A stretch of 64,000 bases of DNA from Eledone cirrhosa (GCA_964016885.1 OZ024741.1:235910001-235974000); one strand, 5' to 3'; positions 1 through 13,557 are shown, counted from the first letter of the stretch. The notes: generated from the sequence alone by a model not told the origin. Numbers and translations: made by a program.

Positions 1-240
1 GAAGGATCCATAGAAGGGGTTGATAACTTCTGCTCTCTAGGTAACTTAATTAGCAGCAGAGAAGGGTTTTCTGAGATCATAATAGCTAGAATAAGAATAG
101 GATGGAAGAAGTTTAGAGAACTACTCCTACTGTTGACAACAAAACCTTTCTCCCTACATACAAAAGGTTGACTGTATGCCTATGTGCAAAGAGCAATGCT
201 GTTTGGTAGTGAAACATGGGCTGTGACTGCAGAGAACCTG
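1..240 (+). mobile_element. RTE-clade LINE fragment (RT C-terminal part), degraded
   Basis: Frame 1 reads EGSIEGVDNFCSLGNLISS...RIRIGWKKFRELL...KG*LYAYVQRAMLFGSETWA, homologous to the 884..1753(-) ORF, with an in-frame stop. Confidence 0.85.
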
Positions 241-307
241 TTTATTTTTGTGACAATACAACACAACTTCCACAGGCAGGTAAACACCATAACAATTAGC
301 AATATAT

Positions 308-580
308 ATCATCATCATCATCACCACCGTTTTACGTCCTTCTTTCACGCTAGCATGGGTTAGATAGGTTGTCCTGTTGTGGGCAGTGCCCGGTCGGCTA
401 ACCATGTTTTGCTCATACGGGAACTGATTCTGGCTTGATTTCTACAGCTGGATGCCCTTCCTAACACCAACCTCATTTTCAGTGAGTGCTGGGTGCTTTT
501 TTCCCGTGGTGCCTACACGTCCACTTTACAGTGTGGGCTGGGTGCTTTTTTGCTGTGGCACCTCCACGACCACTTTCAGT
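308..580 (-). mobile_element. RTE-associated 3' segment or non-autonomous element ending in a (GAT)n tail
   Basis: (ATC)n followed by ...ttctacagctggatgcccttcctaa...gggtgctttt. The same block recurs at about 42900-43160, 51330-51620, 42445-42640 and 34845-34995 (-), and at 13040-13590, 23255-23510 and 24070-24280 (+). Confidence 0.75.
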
Positions 581-635
581 GGGATGGGGTTAAGGTTAGG
601 GTTAGGGTTAGGCGGGGGCATATTGTCTATATGCT

Positions 636-2024
636 TCAGCTTTGACTTGTACCTGTGTGACGCCAGAGGTCACGGTCGTGTGTCATTGCCTTTGAGAGGT
701 GCAATTGTGTAAGGTCGGCTTTTATCACCTCATCCCAGGTCTTCTTGGATCTCCCCACTCCGCGGCTTCCATTGACTTCTAGTGCTCTGCACCTTTTTAT
801 GCAGCTGTCATCCTTCATATATATCACATGTCCATAACAACGCAACCTCCTCTCCTGCACACAACATTTGATTCCTCTTATGCTCAGTCTCTCTCTTTCA
901 ATTCATTTATGCTTTGCCGTTCGCGTATGTTACTATTACACATCCATCGGAGCATGCAGGCTTCGTTTCTTTCTAATCTACGCAAGTCTTCTACAGACAG
1001 CGCCCAGGTCTCACTACCATGTAACATTGCTGTTCGTATACACGCATCATACAGTCTGCCTTTCATTTTGAGGGAAAAGCCTTTTGCAGCTAGCAGTGGC
1101 AGTAGCTCCCTGAACTTCTTCCATCCTGTTCTTACCCTAGTTATAGTACTTTCCGAACACCCACCTTTGCTGCTAATTTGGTCACCTAGGTAGCAGAAGC
1201 TGTCTACTGTTTCTACAGAGCCCTCCCAGAGTTTGGTGGTGCTTGTTTCCTGTGACTGTTTGCTGCTTGCTGTCCCAGCACAGCTGCTACATGTGAAGCC
1301 TACATTCTTAGTTAAGCTTCCTGAGATCCCACTACATCTCTTGTGTACCCATTGTTTGCATTTGGGGCAGAAGATGGAGTTCCTACATACTGAGCAAGGC
1401 CATTTCCCTGAGGGGATCTGGGTTCTGTTTTCTTGTCTACTTACAAGGGCCTTAGTCTTTGTCAGGTTGACTTTGAGACCCTTTCTTTCTAGTCCCTGCT
1501 TCCATGTTTGGAATTTGCTCTCTAGTTCTACCATTGATTCAGCTATAAGTGTGAGGTTATCTGCATACAGGAGTTCCCATGGGCATCCAGTCTTAAACTC
1601 CTCCGTTATTGCCTGCAAACCTATGATGAACAGGAGAGGGCTAAGAACAGAGCTCTGGTGGACACCGACCTGTATGCTAAATTCCTCGCTATAGTCATTG
1701 CTAATCCTAACTTTGCTGACTGCTCCCCTATACATGGCTTGTACAGCTTTCACAAGCCATTCATCTACTCCTAAGAGCCCACCAGATTATAGCACGGGGG
1801 ACTCTGTCAAAGGCTTTCTCCAGATCGACGACTGCCGGCTTACTTTTAGCTAGGTACTTTTCCTATAACTGCCTCACAAAGAAGAGGGCATCAGTGGTGC
1901 CTTTTCCTGGCACACACCCAAATTGCATCTCATCTAGTTTCACCCGGTCCCTAATCAACTGTGCTATAACTCTTTCTGTTACTTTCATGACCTGGTCCAT
2001 CAGCTTTATACCTCTATAGTTTCC
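636..2024 (-). mobile_element. 5'-truncated RTE-clade LINE, RT region with PHD-like insertion; disrupted
   Basis: Motifs GNYRGIKL, GVHQSSVLSPLLF, LLYADNL (YADD mutated), FCYLGD, YDACIRTAMLHGSETW, RRLRCYGHV and GRSKKTW, split by frameshifts. Confidence 0.92.
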
Positions 2025-2519
2025 TATATATATATATAATTTCCTATATATATATAGTTTCCTATATATATGATGAAGGCATGTTGCTTTGTGTTTAGAG
2101 CATTTGGCTTATGATTGTGTCCTCAGGCTCTGACTGACCATTGTTAGTGTCCTTAGACTTTGGTTGACCACATAGAAATTTTAAAATAAGTACAATAATG
2201 TTATCAGAGGAAATCAATTATCTTTGTTGTTTTCCACTTATCTATGTGCAAGCATGTGTGTATGTGTGTGAGTGTGTGTATGTGTGATTGCATGTGAGTG
2301 TATAATTGTGTATGTATGCATGTGTGTGTGTTTATGTGTAAGGTTATCTATCTGCATGTAAGTCTGTTTGTGTAAGTTTATACATGTGTGTGTGAAAGTA
2401 TGTATATGTATGTGTGTGTGTGTGTAACTACACAAGTGTTTATATGTTTCTAAACTCTTAATTATTTCATGAAATTATTTTTTACCATGTTATAAACCAG
2501 AGATTTATTATGAAAACTA

Positions 2520-2930
2520 ATTGTTAAGCAGAAATTGTTTGACTTCTACTATAACACCTCCCACAAATGAACACAAGCAGAATCTGACCCCTCCTACTGT
2601 AACACCCGTCACAAGAGATGACCACTCTTATTATAAGCTAACTAAGCAGAATTTGTTGATTCTTCCTACAATAATGCAGAACACAAGAGGTGACCACATT
2701 ATAAGCCAGCTAAACAGAATCTGGCTCCTCCTACTATCACACCAGTCACAAGTGATGACCACTCCTATTATAAACCAGCTAAGCAGAATCTGGCTCCTCC
2801 TATTATAACACCAGTCACAAGCGATGACCACTCCTATTATAAGCCAGCAGACTTTGTTGACTCCAGTTATAACCACACCTACAAGTAATAATTCCTATTC
2901 TTATATAAGTTAACCAAGCAGAAATTGACT
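2520..2930. repeat. Degenerate ~69-bp tandem repeat; related units resume at about 3800-3990
   Basis: The ataagccagctaa(a/g)cagaatctggctcctcc unit starts at 2633, 2701, 2770 and 2839. Confidence 0.8.
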
Positions 2931-3074
2931 TTGTTGTAACATTAGTGCAATCTAGTGTCATCATCATCATCATCATCATCATCATCGTTTCATGTCCTCC
3001 TTACCTGCTACCAAGGGTTGGACTTGTGTAATCTAGTGAAATCCAAAGAAAACGTAGGTCTGCATTTAATATGG

Positions 3075-3585
3075 TAAATTTGAAAAACCATACTACCACA
3101 TTAACTACTACACATGTAATTTCCATCAACATGTATAAATGTGAAATACTATATTATGCTATCACATTAACTACTACACATGTAATTTTATTTAGTGTAG
3201 TAAATGTGGAATACCATATCATACTCCCATCTAAACTATTACACATGTAATTTCATCAACATGTGTAAATGTGGAGCACTATATCATACTACCACCTAAA
3301 CTAAATTATGACACATGTAATTTCATTCAACATGTATAAATGTAGAATACTACTTTATACTACCACCTAAATTATTACACATGTAATTTTATTTAGCATG
3401 ATAAATGTGGAATACTATATTGTGCTACCACATTAACTACTACATATGTAATTTTATTTAGCACAATAAATGAGGAATACTATATCATACTACATTAACT
3501 ACTACACATGTAATTTCATTCAACATGTATAAATGTGAAATACCATATCATACTACCACATAAACTACTACATGTAATTTTATTT
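3075..3585. repeat. ~65-bp tandem repeat, about 8 copies
   Basis: The catgtaattt anchor occurs at about 3113, 3179, 3244, 3314, 3380, 3446, 3507 and 3571. Confidence 0.85.
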
Positions 3586-4063
3586 CAAGGAACTTTATCC
3601 TTTTCCTTTCTTCTTTTTTCAGTTTTTCTTGAAAAAAAAAGGACTACTACTAGAAATGTAGAACACCAAATTCTTTTTTTTTCCCCTTCCAGTATAAAAC
3701 TAATATCATAAAATTTGTATTTCCATTGTTTGTTTTGTTTTTGAAACTTTCTCCTATATAATATTAGCACCAAAGTTTACTACATGTGTTGGTCACTTCT
3801 ATTCCTATAAGCCAGTTAAGCAGAACTGTTGACTCTTCACAAATAAATCCTACATCTGTTCTTATAAGCCAGTCAAGAATTTGGCTCCTCCTACTAACTA
3901 TAACATCAACCACAATTGATGTTATAAATCAAACACTTCTATCTTAATAAACCAAACAAACAGAAATTGTTATTATAACCACACCCTCAATTGAAATGAC
4001 CAACACACACACTCTTATATATATATATATATATATCATCATTATCATTTTACATCCACTTCC

Positions 4064-4137
4064 CTTCTTCTTCTTCTTCTTCTTCTTCTTCTTCTTCTTC
4101 TTCTTCTTCTTCTTCTTCTTCTTCTTCTTCTTCTTCT
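4064..4137. repeat. (CTT)n microsatellite
   Basis: Pure trinucleotide run. Confidence 0.97.
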
Positions 4138-4409
4138 ATATTTATGATCAGATGAGATGTTACTTGTTATAACTGGTAAGATCATTATTCATCTTAGTAC
4201 ACTATACTTAAGGAAAGTAAAGTGTAGATATTATAATAGGGACTTTTTACTCAACAGCTAAGTTTGAATTATTTTGATAGCATATCAAAATAGTTTAAGC
4301 CTAACCATTGTGTAAAGAAATCCCTATGATAGTATATATTTAAGATCTGAATGTCCCTATGTAGTGATACCTTCAACCATCAAATATCTAACTCCTTCAA
4401 ATGTGTTAA

Positions 4410-4641
4410 CCCTTTCATGGCCATACTTCTCATGAAATACACACCATTTCAATTAATTAATGAAAATTTTTGAGGGATTTACTAAAATGTTTAATTATAT
4501 TATATCTAAGATAGTAACTTAACATGGGGTTCGTATATAAAATTTAATTGGAAGATTTTACTTTAAATAGGAATACTTTAAAATGGGTGGTTTTGTTTCA
4601 TAGAACCAGAGCCAGTTTTGACTGGGTTGGTATCAAAAGGT
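4410..4641. mobile_element. Old piggyBac-like MITE (family B)
   Basis: TTAA|CCCTTTCAT...ATCAAAAGGT|TTAA; a related degraded copy lies at about 36244-36445. Confidence 0.55.
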
Positions 4642-4704
4642 TTAACAGCATTATTCATGATCCCCATGACCCACAACTTACATATCAATGTCAATGACCT
4701 TACA

Positions 4705-7700
4705 ACAATGACCTCAACCTTCCTATTCAACAATGACCTCAACCTTCCTATACAGTGATGACCTCAACCTTCCTATTCAACAATGACCTCAACCTTCCTA
4801 TTCAACAATGACCTCAACCTTCCTATTCAACAATGACCTCAACCTTCCTATTCAACAATGACCTCAACCTTCCTATTCAACAATGACCTCAACCTTCCTA
4901 TACATTGATGACCTCAACCTTCCTATACAACAATGACCTCAACCTTCCTATTCAACAATGACCTCAACCTTCCTATACAACAATGACCTCAACCTTCCTA
5001 TTCAACAATGACCTCAACCTTCCTATTCAACAATGACCTCAACCTTCCTATACAACAATGACCTCAACCTTCCTATACAGTGATGACCTCAACCTTCCTA
5101 TTCAACAATGACCTCAACCTTCCTATACAACAATGACCTCAACCTTCCTATACAACAATGACCTCAACCTTCCTATACAACAATGACCTCAACCTTCCTA
5201 TTCAACAATGACCTCAACCTTCCTATTCAACAATGACCTCAACCTTCCTATACAGTGATGACCTCAACCTTCCTATACAACAATGACCTCAACCTTCCTA
5301 TACAACAATGACCTCAACCTTCCTATACAGTGATGACCTCAACCTTCCTATTCAACAATGACCTCAACCTTCCTATACAACAATGACCTGAACCTTCCTA
5401 TACAGTGATGACCTCAACCTTCCTATTCAACAATGACCTCAACCTTCCTATACAACAATGACCTCAACCTTCTTATACAACAATGACCTCAACCTTCCTA
5501 TACAACAATGACCTCAACCTTCCTATTCAACAATGACCTCAACCTTCCTATTCAACAATGACCTCAACCTTCCTATACAGTGATGACCTCAACCTTCCTA
5601 TACAACAATGACTTCAACCTTCCTATTCAACAATGACCTCAATCTTCCTATACAACAATGACCTCAACCTTCCTATTCAACAATGACCTCAACCTTCCTA
5701 TTCAACAATGACCTCAACCTTCCTATACAACAATGACCTCAACCTTCCTATACAGTGATGACCTCAACCTTTCTATTCAACAATGACCTCAACCTTCCTA
5801 TACAACAATGACCTCAACCTTCCTATACAACAATGACCTCAACCTTCCTATTCAACAATGACCTCAACCTTCCTATTCAACAATGACCTCAACCTTCCTA
5901 TTCAACAATGACCTCAACCTTCCTATTCAACAATGACCTCAACCTTCCTATACAACAATGACCTCAACCTTCCTATACAACAATGACCTCAACCTTCCTA
6001 TACAACAATGACCTCAAGCTTCCTATTCAACAATGACCTCAACCTTCCTATTCAACAATGACCTCAACCTTCCTATACAGTGATGACCTCAACCTTCCTA
6101 TACAACAATGACCTCAACCTTCCTATACAACAATGACCTCAACCTTCCTATACAGTGATGACCTCAACCTTCCTATTCAACAATGACCTCAACCTTCCTA
6201 TACAACAATGACCTCAACCTTCCTATTCAACAATGACCTCAACCTTCCTATACAACAATGACCTCAACCTTCCTATACAGTGATGACCTCAACCTTCCTA
6301 TTCAACAATGACCTCAACCTTCCTATTCAACAATGACCTCAACCTTCCTATTCAACAATGACCTCAACCTTCCTATACAGTGATGACCTCAACCTTCCTA
6401 TACAGTGATGACCTCAACCTTCCTATTCAACAATGACCTCAACCTTCCTATACAGTGATGACCTCAACCTTCCTATACAACAATGACCTCAACCTTCCTA
6501 TACAACAATGACCTCAACCTTCCTATAAACAATAACCTCAACCTTCCTATACAGTGATGACCTCAACCTTCCTATTCAACAATGACCTCAACCTTCCTAT
6601 ACAGTGATGACCTCAACCTTCCTATACAACAATGACCTCAACCTTCCTATACAACAATGACCTCAACCTTCCTATACAACAATGACCTCAACCTTCCTAC
6701 ACAACAATGAACTCAATCTTCCTATACAACAATGACCTCAACCTTCCTATACAACAATGACCTCAACCTTCCTATACAACAATAACTCAACCTTCCTATA
6801 CAGTGATGACCTCAACCTTCCTATTCAACAATGACCTCAACCTTCCTATACAGTGATGACCTCAACCTTCCTATACAACAATGACCTCAACCTTCCTATA
6901 CAACAATGACCTCAACCTTCCTATACAACAATGACCTCAACCTTCCTATTCAACAATGACCTCAACCTTCCTATTCAACAATGACCTCAACCTTCCTATT
7001 CAACAATGACCTCAACCTTCCTACACAACAATGACCTCAACCTTCCTATTCAACAATGACCTCAACCTTCCTATTCAACAATGACCTCAACCTTCCTATA
7101 CAACAATGACCTCAACCTTCCTATACAACAATGACCTCAACCTTCCTATACAACAATGACCTCAACCTTCCTATACAGTGATGACCTCAACCTTCCTATT
7201 CAACAATGACCTCAACCTTCCTATACAACAATGACCTGAACCTTCCTATACAGTGATGACCTCAACCTTCCTATTCAACAATGACCTCAACCTTCCTATA
7301 CAACAATGACCTCAACCTTCTTATACAACAATGACCTCAACCTTCCTATACAACAATGACCTCAACCTTCCTATTCAACAATGACCTCAACCTTCCTATA
7401 CAGTGATGACCTCAACCTTCCTATACAACAATGACCTCAACCTTCCTATTCAACAATGACCTCAATCTTCCTATACAACAATGACCTCAACCTTCCTATT
7501 CAACAATGACCTCAACCTTCCTATACAACAATGACCTCAACCTTCCTATACAGTGATGACCTCAACCTTCCTATTCAACAATGACCTCAACCTTCCTATA
7601 CAACAATGACCTCAACCTTCCTATACAACAATGACCTCAACCTTCCTATTCAACAATGACCTCAACCTTCCTATTCAACAATGACCTCAACCTTCCTATT

Positions 7701-10024
7701 CAACAATGACCTCAACCTTCCTATTCAACAATGACCTCAACCTTCCTATACAACAATGACCTCAACCTTCCTATACAACAATGACCTCAACCTTCCTATA
7801 CAACAATGACCTCAAGCTTCCTATTCAACAATGACCTCAACCTTCCTATTCAACAATGACCTCAACCTTCCTATACAGTGATGACCTCAACCTTCCTATA
7901 CAACAATGACCTCAACCTTCCTATACAACAATGACCTCAACCTTCCTATACAGTGATGACCTCAACCTTCCTATTCAACAATGACCTCAACCTTCCTATA
8001 CAACAATGACCTCAACCTTCCTATTCAACAATGACCTCAACCTTCCTATACAACAATGACCTCAACCTTCCTATACAACAATGACCTCAAGCTTCCTATT
8101 CAACAATGACCTCAACCTTCCTATTCAACAATGACCTCAACCTTCCTATACAGTGATGACCTCAACCTTCCTATACAACAATGACCTCAACCTTCCTATA
8201 CAACAATGACCTCAACCTTCCTATACAGTGATGACCTCAACCTTCCTATTCAACAATGACCTCAACCTTCCTATTCAACAATGACCTCAACCTTCCTATT
8301 CAACAATGACCTCAACCTTCCTATACAGTGATGACCTCAACCTTCCTATACAGTGATGACCTCAACCTTCCTATTCAACAATGACCTCAACCTTCCTATA
8401 CAGTGATGACCTCAACCTTCCTATACAACAATGACCTCAACCTTCCTATACAACAATGACCTCAACCTTCCTATAAACAATAACCTCAACCTTCCTATAC
8501 AGTGATGACCTCAACCTTCCTATTCAACAATGACCTCAACCTTCCTATACAGTGATGACCTCAACCTTCCTATACAACAATGACCTCAACCTTCCTATAC
8601 AACAATGACCTCAACCTTCCTATACAACAATGACCTCAACCTTCCTACACAACAATGACCTCAATCTTCCTATACAACAATGACCTCAACCTTCCTATAC
8701 AACAATGACCTCAACCTTCCTATACAACAATAACTCAACCTTCCTATACAGTGATGACCTCAACCTTCCTATTCAACAATGACCTCAACCTTCCTATACA
8801 GTGATGACCTCAACCTTCCTATACAACAATGACCTCAACCTTCCTATACAACAATGACCTCAACCTTCCTATACAACAATGACCTCAACCTTCCTACACA
8901 ACAATGACCTCAACCTTCCTATTCAACAATGACCTCAACCTTCCTATACAGTGATGACCTCAACCTTCCTATTCAATAATGACCTCAACCTTCCTATACA
9001 ACAATGACCTCAACCTTCCTATACAACAATGACCTCAACCTTCCTATACAGTGATGACCTCAACCTTCCTATTCAACAATGACCTCAACCTTCCTATACA
9101 ACAATGACCTCAACCTTCCTATACAACAATAACCTCAACCTTCCTATACAGTGATGACCTCAACCTTCCTATTCAACAATGACCTCAACCTTCCTATACA
9201 GTGATGACCTCAACCTTCCTATACAACAATGACCTCAACCTTCCTATACAACAATGACCTCAACCTTCCTATACAACAATGACCTCAACCTTCCTCTACA
9301 ACAATGACCTCAACCTTCCTATTCAACAATGACCTCAACCTTCCTATACAACAATGACCTCAACCTTCCTACACAACATTGACCTCAACCTTCCTATTCA
9401 ACAATGACCTCAACCTTCCTATACAGTGATGACCTCAACCTTCCTATTCAACAATGACCTCAACCTTCCTATACAACAATGACCTCAACCTTCCTATACA
9501 GTGATGACCTCAACCTTCCTATACAACAATGACCTCAACCTTCCTACACAACAATGACCTCAACCTTCCTACACAACAATGACCTCAACCTTCCTATTCA
9601 ACAATGACCTCAACCTTCCTATACAGTGATGACCTCAACCTTCTTATTCAACAATGACCTCAACCTTCCTATACAACAATGACCTCAACCTTCCTATTCA
9701 ACAATGACCTCAACCTTCCTATACAGTGATGACCTCAACCTTCTTATTCAACAATGACCTCAACCTTCCTATACAACAATGACCTCAACCTTCCTATACA
9801 ACAATGACCTCAACCTTCCTATACAGTGATGACCTCAACCTTCCTATACAACAATGACCTCAACCTTCCTATACAGTGATGACCTCAACCTTCCTATACA
9901 ACAATGACCTCAACCTTCCTATACAGTGATGACCTCAACCTTCCTATACAACAATGACCTCAACAACAATGACCTCAACCTTCCTCTACAACAATGACAT
10001 CAACCTTCCTATACAACAATGACC
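4705..10024. repeat. 25-bp minisatellite, about 210 units, with higher-order structure
   Basis: Unit ATGACCTCAACCTTCCTAT followed by TCAACA, ACAACA or ACAGTG; the 25-bp period is directly visible. Confidence 0.98.
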
Positions 10025-10132
10025 ACATTGATGATCTGAATACCCACCATCACCACTACCACCATTAGTACCATCTCCTTCACTACCATCACAACCTACA
10101 CCACATTGATTATTATGATCTCACCCTCCCCA

Positions 10133-10320
10133 TGGTGATGGATTTGCAGAATCTTAAGAGCATCGGACAACATGCTTTGTACCGTTTAGAGATCTCTGTT
10201 TATGCTTTAACTACAAATCCCGCTGAACTTTTTGAGGTCAATAAAATAAAATACAATTTAAGTATTGGTGGGTCAATATCATCAACTTTCTCTTTTCCCT
10301 AATTTCTGTCCTTGTGCCAG
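10133..10320 (+). mobile_element. Degraded tRNA-derived SINE (family 1)
   Basis: caaatcccgctga...gaggtcaataaaataaa...ccttgtgcc matches better-preserved copies elsewhere in the window. Confidence 0.65.
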
Positions 10321-10329
10321 ACAACACTA

Positions 10330-10460
10330 TCTGCTAGAAATAGCAACCAAATCCCACTTCAATCATATCCTACTCTTTTCAAAAAGCAAGGAAACATTCA
10401 ACTATGTAGTCTTAGATATACTAAAAGGATGGTACAGTTGGTATTTCAGAGCTGACCTGG
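10330..10460 (+). repeat. Unclassified interspersed repeat (ctgctagaaatagcagccaaat family)
   Basis: Related copies at about 16975-17120, 17190-17330, 20010-20125 and 46150-46200 (+), and 19000-19220 (-). Confidence 0.6.
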
Positions 10461-10469
10461 CAGTAAACA

Positions 10470-11210
10470 GCAACACCATCATCATCATCACCTCAACATT
10501 ATTATCGTTGTTATTGGCATGGGTATTGCAACCAACATCAATGATCATTCTCATCATCAATATTTTGACCATCACTAATATCGCTACCAGCATTACGACC
10601 CCCCAACCCAAACCACCACCACCACCACCATCACTGCCACCACCAACACCACCATAATTAATAACAACAACATTAGTACCATTACCATTATCCTTATTAC
10701 CACCATCACCAATATCACTACCAGTATCACCATAACCTCCACCAACATCAACGCCACCACCACCTACCCCTCCACCACCACCACATCTGTTGTACATCAC
10801 TTGTCATCTATTACACATCTACTACACATCTGTTATACACTGGTTGTACATCTATTATGTATCTGCTAAACATCTGTTATACACTGGTTGCACATCTATT
10901 ACACATCTGCTACGAATCTGTTATACATCATTTGTACATCTATCACACATCTGCTATACATCTATTTCAATATCTTTTACACATATGTTATATATCACCT
11001 GTTTATCTGTTACAGACCTGTTATACACCAGTTGCACATCTATTACCCATCTTTTATACCTATATTTCACATCTGTTATACATCTATTATACATCAGTTA
11101 GGTATCTGTTACATATCTGCTATACACCATTTGCACATCTGCTACACCACCATCAATCTATATGTGCTTCGCATTTGTTATGTATCATTATCACCATCAT
11201 CATCATCACT
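10470..11210. repeat. (ACC/ATC) low-complexity tract followed by a degenerate acacatctgttat-type short tandem repeat
   Basis: Repeated catct(g/a)(t/c)ta motifs at 10785-11160. Confidence 0.8.
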
Positions 11211-12039
11211 GTTAACAATTATTCTCTAATCTTGCATGGGGCTTTCACATCTGTTACATAAAAATCCATTATATTAGCTTTGTCCAAAAATGTGTATATA
11301 TTACATCCAACAAATGTCACAAGAGAGCCAGCCAGTAGCAGAGGTCATCACTGGTTGCTAGTGGACATGGTGGTGGACATAGTGGATATGAGAAAGGTCC
11401 AGGAGAAACATCACTTTCAAAGAAGCTAATTGAAGCAACAACTTCAAAGACCTTTCCAGCCACTATTTTTGGACAGTTAATCAAGGACTATATGTCTAAA
11501 CTTGTCCTAACTGTTTTAAGTATCATTTAGGGAAGAATTCCCTGCTATCTCTAGCAGGTTGATCAAATCTGTAGAGGATGCCCTTGTTGGCGCTTAAAAT
11601 TGCAATCTTTTTTGCTCTTTAGTCAGGGAAGGATGCCAATAACCTTTTTGGAGCCTAAGACTGGTGAGAGGATGGCAAGCCTAGTCTGTCTGAATTCTTG
11701 AAACAGCATGGACTCAGCTAATGTCACCTAAAAACCAGGTGGCAGTGTTAAACTGTACAATATATTTTACCACCCAAATGAACTACAGCAGAGATTTGAA
11801 CTCAGAACATAAACAAATCTAAGAGGAATCTCATCCAATGATCTAGCAATTATGCCAATCCATCATCCTAGACAGGTACTTTATTTTCTCAACCAAGGAA
11901 ATGAGTAGGCAGAAATTCCATAAGATGCACAAAGTGTACTCCATGGACTCACAAGAGATGAAGTGAGATTACAGGTATGCAGACAGATGCACAGGAAAAG
12001 TAAGCATTAAGAACACATATGAAATTGCTTCCCTCAGTT

Positions 12040-13557
12040 ACTAGAGAGGCTTCATAGAAGTTGTTTTTCTGAGTGACCTAATTAGCAGTGGAGGAGGATA
12101 CTCTGAAAATGTGATGGAAAAAGTTTTGGGAATTGGTGCCTCTGCTGATATCAAAAGGCTTCTCTCTCAGAGTGAAGGGTAGACTGTATGATGCCTGCAT
12201 GTAGACTGCAATACTATATGGTAGTGAGACATAGTCTTTGACCTGTATAGGCTTGAAAGAAATGAAGCAAGTATGCTCTGATGAATGTGTAATGTTAGTA
12301 CATATGAACGACATAGCATAAGTGAGCTGAGAATTGGATTCAGGGTGCAAGAGAGAAGACTGTGTTGGTATAGACATGTGATGTGTAAGGAAGATGTACA
12401 GAGAAATCTTGGGGGTTGGGACTTCTGGAAGAGGTAAACACAAGAAGACATGGGATAAGGTAGTGAAGACCAACCTTAACCCTTTAGCATTTAAACTGGC
12501 CGTATCCAGCCATAATTATTTCACCTCTTTCTGTTCAAACCAGCTGTAACCAGCCGTTTATACTGATGTTAAGGTATTGTTCTCAAAATAAATAATATCA
12601 ATATCTCACAGATTCAATATTATGTGAGATAATTATGTAAGGTAAAGCCTTTACCATGAAAATATAATAGTATATATAGAGTAATGTAAATACTAAAGGG
12701 TTAAGGAACTGAACCTCACAATAAAGATAATAAAGGACCATGAGAACTGGGGACATGCTGTACTGGAGAAGACCCCCTGCCAGAATAAATGTAACCTGAC
12801 TTGACCTATCCACATGCCTCCCTCTATTAACACTTCTTAGTAGCTATTCTCATCATCTCTACACACACTCTTAGATACTGACACACCTGTCTTCCTCCCT
12901 CCCCCACATGCCATCTGAAGTCACCCATCCCCTACACATCAACCTGTCAAATCCCACCATATTTGTCATACACCCATAACATCATATCATCTTCCTTCTC
13001 CCCTTATCCACATAGTGTAGAGAGGGCTCATCAGTTGAAACAATGACCAACAACCTCTCTAATGTTGGTGACATGAAAACTGCACTCAGTACACTCTGTA
13101 TGGTGGTTGGCATTAGGAAGGACATCCCACTGTAGAAACCATGCCCAAAAGCGTCAAGACGATTCTTCAGTTGTATCAAAGGAATAACAACCTCCCCAGT
13201 GCTGGTCTTCTTACACAATAAATGCATCCAGCACACTGTATAAAGTGGTTGATCATAGGAGGGACAACCAGCCATAGAAAACCTTTCAAACAAAGTGTCT
13301 GGAGGACTCTTCGGCTGTATCAAAGACATGACAACCTCCCTAGAGCTGATGTCATGATATAATGCACTTGGTAGAGTACAGGAATGTAAGCAAGATGCAG
13401 AACCCTGGTTCATCTGAGGGATCAGTAGCTCCATTTGAGTACTGACTTGGTCTGTGAAAACTCATCCAACCCTTGCTAGCAATGAAGACAGATGTTGAAT
13501 AATGACTATAATGAAAATGATAATGATGATGATGATGAGGAGGAGGACAATGATGAT

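Noticed and set aside
884-1753. Active or domesticated reverse transcriptase gene
   Set aside because: The catalytic YADD is YADN, the element is 5'-truncated, and flanking parts are frameshifted.
4705-10024. CRISPR-like array (constant repeat plus variable segment)
   Set aside because: The variable part is only 6 bp with three recurring states, there are no unique spacers or cas genes, and the context is eukaryotic. It is a minisatellite.
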